63,603 nt of DNA from Thermoplasmatota archaeon (GTDB taxonomy: Archaea > Thermoplasmatota > E2 > JACPAO01 > JAHFTW01), in contig JBFIHX010000014.1 in assembly GCA_041601615.1 (NCBI GenBank), positions 1-63,603 of the forward strand, given 5' to 3'. Shown in pieces: positions 1 to 9,048 of the stretch. The stretch's first letter is position 1. Every line of letters begins with the position of its first letter. A program made the position numbers and the translations under genes. Below the pieces are notes generated by a model. It was given only the letters and a program-made list of their open reading frames with translations. It was not told the DNA's origin and searched no databases.

Positions 1-39
1 CCCCCGCACCCCCCCCCACCGCCCCAAGGAGGGCACCCC

Positions 40-1245
40 ATGAAAGTCGCCATGCTCGGCTGGGAATTCCCACCCTTCATGGCAGGAGGCCTCGGCGCCC
101 ACTGCCTCGGACTCACCAAAGACCTCGCCCGCGCCGGCATCGACGTGGACTTCTACATGCCCCGCATGGAAACCGCCACCGGCCCCGTCGCAGGCCACCA
201 CAAACACCTGCGCATCACCGAAGTCGACGCCGAACCCGGACTCGGACCCTACGAAGCCAACACCACAACAACCACCACACCCCACAACCCCCAACGAAGC
301 TACGGCCGCGACTTCAACGCCTCCGTCCACACCTACAACCAACGCCTCGTCGACGCCTTCCACTCCACCGACGCAGACGTCCTCCACTGCCACGACTGGA
401 TCACCGTCCCCGCCGCCCTCACCCTGCGACAACGCACCGGCATCCCCCTCGTCTTCACCGTCCACAGCACCGAATTCGACCGCAGCGCCGGACTCTCCCC
501 CCAACACTGGATCGAAGACATCGAACGTGCCGGAGTCCAAACCGCCGACCGCGTCGTCGCCGTCAGCGCCTACACCAAAGGACTCATCGAACGCATGTAC
601 AACGCCCCACCCGACCGCGTCGTCGCCATCCACAACGGCGTCGACCTCGAACGATTCCAAACCCCACGCCCCCGCGACTACACCGTCCAACGCGACACCG
701 TACTCTACCTATCCCGCCTCTGCCGACAAAAAGGCCCCCTCTTCTTCCTAGACGCCGCCCGACGCGTCCTAACCGTCCGCCCCCACACCCGCTTCATCAT
801 CGGCGGCACCGGCGACATGCTCGGCGAATGCATCGAATACGCCCTCCACCACGGCATCATCGACAACATCCACTTCACCGGCTTCGTCCCCGACCACGAA
901 CTAGCCGACTTCTACCTCCACAACGAAATCTACGTCCTACCCAGCGTCAGCGAACCCTTCGGCATCAGCGTCCTCGAAGCCATGGCCAGCGGCCTACCCA
1001 CCATCGTCACCCGCACCAGCGGTGTTGGCGAAGCCCTCGACCACGTCCTTCGCGCCGAATACTGGGACACCGAAGAAATGGCAGACCTCATGCTAAGACT
1101 GCTCGAATCACGCGAACTACGCGAAGAAATGGGCCGCAACGGCGGCCGCGAAGCCCAGACCTTCACCTGGGAAACCACCTGCAAGAAAACAATCGACGCC
1201 TACCGGAGTGTCATCCGGCCCCGCTGGATCCAGCCAACACCATGA
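40..1245 (+). CDS. Glycosyltransferase family 4 (glycogen synthase-like)
   Basis: N-terminal WEFPP..GGLG, HCHDW, and C-terminal EPFGISVLEAMASG GT4 signature; AGGAGG upstream; overlaps the GH57 start (ATGA). Confidence 0.92.
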   Translation: MKVAMLGWEFPPFMAGGLGAHCLGLTKDLARAGIDVDFYMPRMETATGPVAGHHKHLRITEVDAEPGLGPYEANTTTTTTPHNPQRSYGRDFNASVHTYNQRLVDAFHSTDADVLHCHDWITVPAALTLRQRTGIPLVFTVHSTEFDRSAGLSPQHWIEDIERAGVQTADRVVAVSAYTKGLIERMYNAPPDRVVAIHNGVDLERFQTPRPRDYTVQRDTVLYLSRLCRQKGPLFFLDAARRVLTVRPHTRFIIGGTGDMLGECIEYALHHGIIDNIHFTGFVPDHELADFYLHNEIYVLPSVSEPFGISVLEAMASGLPTIVTRTSGVGEALDHVLRAEYWDTEEMADLMLRLLESRELREEMGRNGGREAQTFTWETTCKKTIDAYRSVIRPRWIQPTP

Positions 1246-2525
1246 CCGACATCTGCTTCTACTTCCAAGTCCACCAACCCATCCGACTGCGCCGCGTACG
1301 CACCTTCGGACAACCCGCCGGCCACGACTACTGGGACCACAAAACCAACCAAGAAATCTTCGACCGCGCCGCCTACAAATGCTACCTCCCCGCCAACCAA
1401 CTCATCCTCGACGCCATCCAACGCACCCACGGCGCCTTCCGCGTCGCATACTCTCTAAGCGGCGTCTTCTTGGAGCACGCCGAACGCCACCGCCCCGACG
1501 TCATCGAAAGCTTCCGCGCCCTCGCCCGCACCGGCCACGTGGAATTCTTGGGCGAAACCTACTACCACAGCCTTGCCGGCCTCTGGGACGACCCCAAAGA
1601 ATTTGCCACCCAAGTAGAACAACACCGCCAAACCATTCGACGACTCTTCGACATCGAACCCATCACATTCCGCAACACCGAACTCATCTACGACGACCGC
1701 ACCGCCAAGCGCGTCGAAGACCTCGGATTCGAAGCGATGCTCACCGAAGGCACCGAACGAATCCTCGGCACCCGCAACCCCAACCACCTCTACCGCCCCA
1801 ACCACGAAGGCCTCCTCAAAGTCCTGCTCAAAAACTACCGCCTCAGCGACGACATGGCCTTCCGCTTCTCCAGCCACGACTGGGTCGGCTTCCCCCTCAC
1901 CGCCCCCAAATTCGCCCAATGGCTCGCCGACGCACCCGGCGACACCATCAACCTGTTCATGGACTACGAAACCTTCGGCGAACACCAATGGAGCGAAACC
2001 GGCATCTTCGACTTCCTGCGCCACCTGCCCGAAGCCGTCACAGACCACCCCCACCTACGGTTCGCCTTGCCCCGCGAAGTCGCACGCAACCACGAACCGA
2101 TCGACACCATCGTTGTTCCCCACGCCATCTCCTGGGCCGACACCGAACGCGACGTCAGCGCTTGGCTGCACAACAAAATGCAACACGCCTGCTTCAACCG
2201 ACTACGCGACCTTGCCCCCGTGGTCGAAACTGCCTCCGACCCAGAACTCACGCACGCCTGGCGGCTGCTGCAAACCAGCGACCACCTCTACTACGCCTGC
2301 ACCAAGAACATGAACGACGGCGACATACACTCCTACTTCAGCCCCTACGAATCGCCCTACCTCGGCTTCATCAACCACAAAGCAGCAATCGAAGACCTAG
2401 CCGCAAAAGCCGAAGCACAGGCAGCAGCACGGAAAGCCTCCGAGCCCCGCATTAATGTCAAAGTGCCCTCGCCCCCCGCGCCCACGGCAGACAAGAACCA
2501 ACGCAAGGAACTCACAGCAACCTAG
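1242..2525 (+). CDS. Glycoside hydrolase family 57 (alpha-amylase type)
   Basis: GH57 conserved regions HQP, GETYYHSL, FRNTELIY, MDYETFGEHQ, SWAD; ATG at 1242 overlaps the upstream stop. Confidence 0.93.
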   Translation: MTDICFYFQVHQPIRLRRVRTFGQPAGHDYWDHKTNQEIFDRAAYKCYLPANQLILDAIQRTHGAFRVAYSLSGVFLEHAERHRPDVIESFRALARTGHVEFLGETYYHSLAGLWDDPKEFATQVEQHRQTIRRLFDIEPITFRNTELIYDDRTAKRVEDLGFEAMLTEGTERILGTRNPNHLYRPNHEGLLKVLLKNYRLSDDMAFRFSSHDWVGFPLTAPKFAQWLADAPGDTINLFMDYETFGEHQWSETGIFDFLRHLPEAVTDHPHLRFALPREVARNHEPIDTIVVPHAISWADTERDVSAWLHNKMQHACFNRLRDLAPVVETASDPELTHAWRLLQTSDHLYYACTKNMNDGDIHSYFSPYESPYLGFINHKAAIEDLAAKAEAQAAARKASEPRINVKVPSPPAPTADKNQRKELTAT

Positions 2526-2533
2526 CGCATCGC

Positions 2534-3493
2534 CTACCGCACCAACGCCAGCACACGAGGCAACTCCAACGGCGGCGCCTCCTCAACCAGTCGACGAATC
2601 CCGTCCTCCACCCTCACCCGAGGCCGCCAGCCCAAGGCCCGCAACTTGCTGTTGTCCGCAAGCGTCTCAGCCACGTAATTGGCCACCGGATTCTCCACGA
2701 ACACCGGCTCCGTCTTCGTGCCCAGCGACGCACGCAGCAACGCAACCACCTCATTGAAATCGTGCTCCACGCCCGTGCCAATGTTGTACGCATCAAAGCC
2801 ATCCGCACGATCCAGCGCCACGAGGATGCCCTCCAACAAGTCGTCGACGTGCGTGAAATCCCGCGTCTGGGCGCCATCACCGTAAATCACCGGCGACACA
2901 CCGGCACGCAGGCACCACATGAACTGCGACAAAACATTGGCAAACCGACCCTTGGCTTCCTCGCGTGGACCATACACCGAAAAAAACCGCAGCGCCACCG
3001 AAGGCACACCATAGCGCCGATGATACGCCAGCGCCAGGTGCTCCATGGCGAGCTTCGAGAACTCATACAGCGTCCCCGGCGTCACCTGCATGTCCTCACG
3101 AAACGGCTTCGGACACCTCGCGTAGAAACTACTCGTCGAAGCAAACGCCACCCGCGCCCCCGACGACCGCGCAACCTCCAAGGAATTCTGAAACGCCGCG
3201 ATCGCCTGCGCCGCCCGCTCCGGTCGCTCATCAAACATCGGCGCACTGGACGCCCCCGCAAAATGGAACACCGCATCCCAGTCCTGGGCGGAAAACCGAT
3301 CCACATACGCCTGCTTGGCGCAGTCGATGCGCGCAAACGGCACGCCCGGAGGCAGATTGCCTTTGGAGCCCGAAAGCAAATTGTCCGCAACCTCCACCTC
3401 CACACCCGCCGCATGAAGCCTGTGCGCGAGATTGGAACCGATAAAGCCCGCGCCCCCGGCGATCAACACACGGCGTAGATTCTGGATGGCCAT
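2534..3493 (-). CDS. NAD-dependent epimerase/dehydratase (extended SDR)
   Basis: GGAGFIG Rossmann motif, YEFSK (YxxxK), LRFFSVYGP, GDGAQTRDFTHV; start set at MAIQ (3493). Confidence 0.9.
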   Translation of the reverse strand: MAIQNLRRVLIAGGAGFIGSNLAHRLHAAGVEVEVADNLLSGSKGNLPPGVPFARIDCAKQAYVDRFSAQDWDAVFHFAGASSAPMFDERPERAAQAIAAFQNSLEVARSSGARVAFASTSSFYARCPKPFREDMQVTPGTLYEFSKLAMEHLALAYHRRYGVPSVALRFFSVYGPREEAKGRFANVLSQFMWCLRAGVSPVIYGDGAQTRDFTHVDDLLEGILVALDRADGFDAYNIGTGVEHDFNEVVALLRASLGTKTEPVFVENPVANYVAETLADNSKLRALGWRPRVRVEDGIRRLVEEAPPLELPRVLALVR

Positions 3494-3609
3494 GACCCTT
3501 CTGGCGCCGGCTAGGAACTTGAGCACACGCAGGCAGGCAGAAGGCCAAAGGGCCGTACTCACCAAACGCACCCACCAAACACGACCGCCAAACAAATTGG
3601 ATTAGGAAT

Positions 3610-3830
3610 GCCCACCCCACATCTCGTGGTGTAGGGTGGGCGGGCCCCGAAGGACCCGTGCGTTCCGCTTGATCCGACCATCCCCTAGAAAATGATCCCT
3701 CGCGGCGTATGCCTCGGGCATGTGTCGGGGGTACGGATGTATCGAGGCGCGGAGGCAGGCCCCGGCACCCGGAGGGTGCAACCGACCATTTGTTGCCTGG
3801 CTACTTCAGGCTTGGCAAAGGCGCAACGAC
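3610..3830. ncRNA. Candidate structured non-coding element A
   Basis: Hairpins at 3610-3641, 3641-3658 (cUUCGg loop on the minus strand), 3698-3755 (with internal loop) and 3765-3779; shares a sub-structure with 11851-11914; no family recognised. Confidence 0.35.
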
Positions 3831-3833
3831 GGA

Positions 3834-5348
3834 CTACAGAATCTTGTGTCGGTCGGCGTTGGGAATCACTGCGCTCAGAAGCCGACCCGTGGGACCATCA
3901 TACACCACGTACGGCGTGACAGCTACCTGGCCGTCGCTGGCAAAATCCTCCAATCCGACCCAGACTTCGAAGCCGGAAGCTGTGCGCGAGGTGAGTTGTC
4001 GAAAGTCCATGTATTCGTGCTGCCATGGCAATCTGGCAAAGCCTGTCGGTGCACTGTCGCTTAAGTTGGTGAGTGTGAAACTCTTGGCATGCGCCATGGC
4101 GGCACTGATGTTCACTTGGCGAGCGACAGGAGCAGGGTCGTACATGCCCGCATGGGTGCGGGTGAGGGTTTGGCCAAAAGTATAGTCCTCAATGAATTGG
4201 CCAGCCACCAGCGTTCGCTTGTGCTCCATTAAGATGAAGGCGCCGTTGCCCTGGGGGTCGACCGCGTGCAAGAACACTTCGCCGTTCTTGACGTCCGTGA
4301 CATGGGTTGTATCATCTCCAATGTACGCGTATCCAGAGGCTCGTAGGAATCCTTCCGCGAGCTGTGCTTTTGGGTCTTCGAAGATCTTGGCGTATGCACT
4401 GCTGAGTTCCAGGGCAGCCTCGTGTGCTTCCCGGATCGTCATATTGTGAAGCCGGGGTTGATCCGGCACGTAGTGGATCTTTGGCGATTTTGAGGCAAGC
4501 GGCACAACGGGTTGCGGTGCTTGCGGCGGCTTGGTTGGCGGAAATTCAACGGGGACCGTGCCTTGCTCGAAATGGTGCAGGAAATACGTCGCGGACTTGG
4601 CTTGCCCCGGAGGTTCGAAAGCGGGGTGCAGCGGAACCGTGGGCGTAAAGACCGTGGGGAGTGCCGCGTCGGGGCACATCACGAATCGAGTCGAAAGCAC
4701 GACCCAAGGCAGGGCACGAAGCGTCTGGACGTAGGCATCCACGGAAGGAGCGACGAGGGTACACGGTCGGCCATCCACTTCAAGCGGTTCGTAGGTGTGG
4801 CGGATTTGGTCGACGGCTACATCCACGCCGGCTGCTTGCCATGGGCTGGCAGGCGTGCCGTTCCAGAATACGGATGCACCCATGGCACCGGGGAGGCCGG
4901 CGACTCCGTAGAGCACCAAGCCCCGTTCCGGGCTGTAGCATTGAATCTCGCCTTCCCTGCCCAGCAGGGCGTCGCATTCGGCGGATTGGTGAATGAGGGC
5001 CTTGGATGCGAGGCTGATTGCTTCTTGGAAACGGTAGGTTCCTTGGATGGATCCATTGAACGTCGCCTCCAGCAGCAGGTGGACGGCTTCTTCGCTTGTG
5101 CCATCAGGGTGGCGTGCGGGACCAATGTGGTCGACGGTGACATTGAGGAGTGTTCCGGTGTCCGACCGGTAGTGGTAGCGGTCGCCCAGGTGCATGGTCG
5201 GCAGAGCGTTGAGTGCGGCCGGAGCCTGTTCTGTGCCGTTCCCGTTCATGGGTGCAGTGACATCCATGGGTTGGCTGCACCCGGCGAGGCCGGCTGCAAG
5301 CAACAAGGCGACCAAAGGCAGGTGAAGATGGAAGAGTGGTCTTTGCAT
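3834..5348 (-). CDS. Hypothetical lipoprotein
   Basis: Signal peptide with LAGC lipobox; starts 3 nt after the stop of 5352-5717; no recognised domain. Confidence 0.75.
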   Translation of the reverse strand: MQRPLFHLHLPLVALLLAAGLAGCSQPMDVTAPMNGNGTEQAPAALNALPTMHLGDRYHYRSDTGTLLNVTVDHIGPARHPDGTSEEAVHLLLEATFNGSIQGTYRFQEAISLASKALIHQSAECDALLGREGEIQCYSPERGLVLYGVAGLPGAMGASVFWNGTPASPWQAAGVDVAVDQIRHTYEPLEVDGRPCTLVAPSVDAYVQTLRALPWVVLSTRFVMCPDAALPTVFTPTVPLHPAFEPPGQAKSATYFLHHFEQGTVPVEFPPTKPPQAPQPVVPLASKSPKIHYVPDQPRLHNMTIREAHEAALELSSAYAKIFEDPKAQLAEGFLRASGYAYIGDDTTHVTDVKNGEVFLHAVDPQGNGAFILMEHKRTLVAGQFIEDYTFGQTLTRTHAGMYDPAPVARQVNISAAMAHAKSFTLTNLSDSAPTGFARLPWQHEYMDFRQLTSRTASGFEVWVGLEDFASDGQVAVTPYVVYDGPTGRLLSAVIPNADRHKIL

Positions 5349-5351
5349 GGA

Positions 5352-5717
5352 TTATCCGATCCAGCAGGTGCTGTCTGCGGCGGCACCGGTCGTGGCGACG
5401 GTGGTCGCGAAGGACTGGTGGACACAGAGGCCGCCGTGGGTGTACGGGCCGCTCACGGAGAAGCTGGTACCGCAGCTGCTGTCTAGGAGGCTGAAGTTGC
5501 AGACGTCCACAACGGCGCCGTCCCAGTACAGGGTGCCAGCGCCCTCGGCGGGCACGAGCGAGCCGTGGCTGCCCGTGGGGTTCCACGTGCAGGTGTAGGT
5601 AAGGGTGGTACAGCTGGCGGAGCCGAGCGCGCGGGCGTAGACGATTTGGCCGCTCACAGCGGGAAGTGCGAGCATGGCGCACACGACCACGATGAGGGCT
5701 GCGTATTTCTTGTTCAT
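5352..5717 (-). CDS. Small secreted 6-Cys protein (paralog of 6082-6447)
   Basis: 121 aa; signal peptide ending VSG/QIVYA; six mature Cys align with the paralog. Confidence 0.8.
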   Translation of the reverse strand: MNKKYAALIVVVCAMLALPAVSGQIVYARALGSASCTTLTYTCTWNPTGSHGSLVPAEGAGTLYWDGAVVDVCNFSLLDSSCGTSFSVSGPYTHGGLCVHQSFATTVATTGAAADSTCWIG

Positions 5718-6081
5718 GGATATTTCCTGGGCCGAGGCCCAAGGTGCCAACGACGGGTGCTACTAGAGGGGGCGCGTGGAAGAGGAGTACAATCGTCCAG
5801 GTCATATCGCACCCGCCGCGTGGCCTAGGTTTGGCTGGGCGCATAGGCTGACAGAGTCCATTGGGTAGGAAGGAATTGCGTGGCCCTTGCCGGCGCTTGC
5901 CACAACCAATGGTTGGCACGACGATGTGCGACAGACCGCCCAGAAATTTCAACGACCGGCCGGGTTTCAAGAGAAGGAGGAATGCGCTCAGGAACCTCCG
6001 GGTTGGTGGCTCCTGGCGCAAAGTGTATCCGCCGCAAATTGCGAGCGGGCCCCGGGCAAGACCCCGGGCTTGTCCTTCGGC

Positions 6082-6447
6082 TCAGCTCATGAAACACTTG
6101 CTGCTGCTGGCGGTTCCCAGAGTAGAAGTCGTGGTCAGGAATCCAATGACCCCACACGAGTTCCAAGTGAATGGCGTGACGAAGTTGAAGGACGTGTTGC
6201 AGTGACTATTGACTAAATTGAAGGCACACACCGACACGAGCGGGCCGTTGATGAACATCTGGCCGGATCCCATGGAGGGAGCAAGCAGAGTGCCGTGGTT
6301 GCCGACGGCAGAGTGGTTGCAGATGTTGGTTTGGGTGGAGCAAGTGCCTGAGCTTCCGCCCCAGTGCGCGTAGACAACTTGTCCAGCGGCGGCGGGTACG
6401 AACAGGAGTGCTGCGGCGATTAGGATGATGGTTCTTGTTGAGGTCAT
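6082..6447 (-). CDS. Small secreted 6-Cys protein (paralog of 5352-5717)
   Basis: 121 aa; signal peptide ending AAG/QVVYA; AGGTGA ribosome-binding site upstream. Confidence 0.8.
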   Translation of the reverse strand: MTSTRTIILIAAALLFVPAAAGQVVYAHWGGSSGTCSTQTNICNHSAVGNHGTLLAPSMGSGQMFINGPLVSVCAFNLVNSHCNTSFNFVTPFTWNSCGVIGFLTTTSTLGTASSSKCFMS

Positions 6448-6451
6448 GGGT

Positions 6452-6949
6452 TCACCTGGATTGAAATCCATGTGCAAAAACGACCTCCGACCCATCACTT
6501 TTTTGGTTGCCATTCGTTCCAAACGGCAATTCGGTATCTAGTTCCGGAATGAAAAACCTGGGATGATAGTATCCGTCACCTTTGATGAGACCAGCAGTTT
6601 CAAGGTGGTGCAAATGCCGACGGACGACGCGCCGGTCTAGGCCCAATTCCTTACCGAGGAGGCTTGGCCCTTGTGGAACGGGGTGGCTTCCGAGATACGC
6701 GAGAATCCGGGCGCGTTCAGGATCCGCCAGGGCCGCTTGTGCAGGAAGCATCGTTCGAGCCTCCGGCACGGAAAGATGGAGCCGCCCCCGCGCGCGGTGG
6801 CCAACGACTGCGCCCTTGCGCAGCAGCATGTGCACATGATGGGTGACTGTTCCCCACGCCAACTCAGTTTTGCGACATAATTCACTCTTGGTTATTCCCG
6901 GGTGCTGCCGTATCTCCTGCTCAATGCGCCCTAGATTTCCTGAATCCAT
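6452..6949 (-). CDS. Tandem winged-helix transcriptional regulator (ArsR-like double HTH)
   Basis: Two wHTH units: IRQHPGITKSELCRKTELAWGTVTHHVHML and ILAYLGSHP...LGKELGLDRRVVRRHLHHLETAGLI. Confidence 0.8.
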   Translation of the reverse strand: MDSGNLGRIEQEIRQHPGITKSELCRKTELAWGTVTHHVHMLLRKGAVVGHRARGRLHLSVPEARTMLPAQAALADPERARILAYLGSHPVPQGPSLLGKELGLDRRVVRRHLHHLETAGLIKGDGYYHPRFFIPELDTELPFGTNGNQKSDGSEVVFAHGFQSR

Positions 6950-7062
6950 CTTTCAACACACCCGAAAGACCCACCCTACAAGGAATGCACGGGGAGTAAC
7001 GCATCTATCGAGTAATAAACCATGAAAGGAGGAGAGGAATAATTAGCATTTTGGGCCCTTAA

Positions 7063-7515
7063 TCACCCACTTTCTTTAATGATTTTCAACGATTCAGAAA
7101 CATGTTTGGTCGCCTGGAACTGATTATCAAATTTATGAAGTAAAATTCCCTCTTTTGATATTATAAAAGTAACCCTCCCTGGGAGCAAACCAAGTAGTTT
7201 CTTGATACCAAGACTCTGAGCCACCACGCCACCCTCATCACACAAGAGCCGGAACGGCAAATTGTGCTTCTTGGAAAACGCTCGATGCCGGCGCGGACTA
7301 TCGCCACTCACACCCAACACCACCGCCCCCACTTCCTGGAAATCCTCATACTGATCCCGGAAGGAACACGCCTCCCGAGTGCAGCCAGGCGTATCGTCGG
7401 CTGGATAGAAGTACAGCACCACCGGCGCCCCCCGCAGCTCTGACAATCGAACCAACTTGCCCTCTGCGTCAGGAAGTTCGAACTCCGGAAACGGTTGGCC
7501 AACCACAGGATGCAT
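7063..7515 (-). CDS. bcp: Peroxiredoxin, BCP/PrxQ family
   Basis: YFYPADDTPGCTREACSFRD active-site motif. Confidence 0.93.
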   Translation of the reverse strand: MHPVVGQPFPEFELPDAEGKLVRLSELRGAPVVLYFYPADDTPGCTREACSFRDQYEDFQEVGAVVLGVSGDSPRRHRAFSKKHNLPFRLLCDEGGVVAQSLGIKKLLGLLPGRVTFIISKEGILLHKFDNQFQATKHVSESLKIIKESG

Positions 7516-7575
7516 AGAGCACCACCATGAAGCGTGGGCATAAGTTGTGTTCCTTGGGCCCTCCCAAGAATCCGC

Positions 7576-9009
7576 TCACCCCAGCGGCGGCTGCTCACTC
7601 GGTGCAGGAGACGGATCTGGCCCACCGCCCGACGCTGCCGCCGGAACGTGCACCTGAGCATCAACCGAAGCAGGTTCCACCACCGGCTGTAGCCGCGTCC
7701 TCCAACGCGACACGAACCGCTCGTCCAACTCCTTATCCGCATCCAAAAACACCACCGGGGCACCCGTCGCATCACGCAAGACCCGAAGTTCCCGTCGCTG
7801 CCAGCCGGCAAAGCGCTGATGGGGCGCCGAAACCGCCACGAGCCGCGCACCTGCCTCCTTCGCCACCTTACCGACCACTTCCGGCAATTCGCCCACCTCA
7901 CTGCGACCGCGAGACACGACCCCATGCCGCCGTGCTCCCTCCAGGAACGCATTGACTGTCTCCTGGGCCTGCCTCGCGTGCATCACCATTGCGGGACTGC
8001 GCACATGCGCCACCACCATACGACCATCCACGCGCTGGATAAACTCCGTCACGCGATCGATGGCGGCACGACCCGGACCCGCGCCGCGCGTGACCACGAG
8101 CACAATCGGTTTCTCGGAGTGCTCCTCCAGAATGAACTCCGGTGTAGGACTTGCGGCGGGAAGATCAGCAAACTTGCTGACCGTGCGCTGCGGGAACGGA
8201 AAGTGAACCCCGCCTTCATCAAAGCGCCGCTTGATGCCACGCAGAATTGCATCCTGCACATCCGCCTTATCCTGCGCATGCCCAAGCCAGCAGCGCAGCT
8301 CCATTTGCACCGAATCCGCACCAAACGCCCGCACCCGCACCGTGGGTTCAGGGTACGCAAGCACGCCCCGACTGCCCCGCGCCGCCTCCAAAGCGAGGTG
8401 CTCCGCCAGCGCCACACTGCTGCCATAGCTGATGCCAAAGGGAACACATAGACGCAATTCGCGGTGCGCATGATGCGTGTAGTTCCACACCTCCTGGGTG
8501 TCCAACACACTGTTGGGCACGACCACATGCTCGCCGCTCGTGGTGCGAATGCGCGTACTTCGCAGCCCCATTCCCACCACGTCGCCCCACGTCTCACCCA
8601 CTTGGATGCGGTCGCCCACGTCAAACGGCTTGTCCACGGCAAGGCTGACACCGGCTGCGATGTTTGCCACCGTATTTTGCAACCCAAAACCAAGCGCCAA
8701 CGACGCAATGCCGAGGGTCGCAACCACACCCACGGGATTGAGATGGTAGATTTGATCCAGCCCGACCCAGACGCCCGCAAGCACGAGCGCCGCCGTCAAC
8801 AGCCGCGCCAGCATGAGACTGCTGCTCGTGGGCGGAGTGCGGCGCATCGTGTTGCCCACGGTGCGAATCATCCGACCCGCAGCCCAGAAGGCCAGCACCA
8901 AGAGGACAAACACCAGCACTCGCACGGCACCATCCAGAAACACATCCAATCCGCGCAGGGACGGAGGTGCCACCAGGGGACTCGTGCCGTTGATGGTATG
9001 GTTGCCCAC
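7576..9009 (-). CDS. MscS mechanosensitive channel with C-terminal USP-like domain
   Basis: LALGFGLQNTVANIAAG, PFDVGDRI, GLRSTRIRT, VPNS, FPFPQR; extra ~150-aa alpha/beta tail resembling the universal stress protein fold. Confidence 0.88.
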   Translation of the reverse strand: MGNHTINGTSPLVAPPSLRGLDVFLDGAVRVLVFVLLVLAFWAAGRMIRTVGNTMRRTPPTSSSLMLARLLTAALVLAGVWVGLDQIYHLNPVGVVATLGIASLALGFGLQNTVANIAAGVSLAVDKPFDVGDRIQVGETWGDVVGMGLRSTRIRTTSGEHVVVPNSVLDTQEVWNYTHHAHRELRLCVPFGISYGSSVALAEHLALEAARGSRGVLAYPEPTVRVRAFGADSVQMELRCWLGHAQDKADVQDAILRGIKRRFDEGGVHFPFPQRTVSKFADLPAASPTPEFILEEHSEKPIVLVVTRGAGPGRAAIDRVTEFIQRVDGRMVVAHVRSPAMVMHARQAQETVNAFLEGARRHGVVSRGRSEVGELPEVVGKVAKEAGARLVAVSAPHQRFAGWQRRELRVLRDATGAPVVFLDADKELDERFVSRWRTRLQPVVEPASVDAQVHVPAAASGGGPDPSPAPSEQPPLG

Positions 9010-9048
9010 GGTGGCTTGCTAAGAGCCGCTTGGTTGATGAGGGTTGCT

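Noticed and set aside
258-285. Poly-Thr tract in GT4 as a phase-variable repeat
   Set aside because: Mixed ACC/ACA codons in a loop, in frame, and consistent with the local C/A skew.
828-2455. Long Arg/Pro/His-rich ORFs (828 extension of GH57; 1208-2455)
   Set aside because: Alternate-frame shadows of GC-rich, C-skewed real genes.
3610-3830. IS110/IS1111 bridge RNA or REP element as a firm call
   Set aside because: Only a superficial resemblance (internal-loop hairpin, GTAGGGTGGGC); no transposase or element ends. Kept only as an unassigned candidate.
5104-6021. 305-aa ORF with a short resemblance (GRSLKFLG) to the pentapeptide protein C-terminus
   Set aside because: Overlaps better-supported genes in another frame; the match is too short to be significant.
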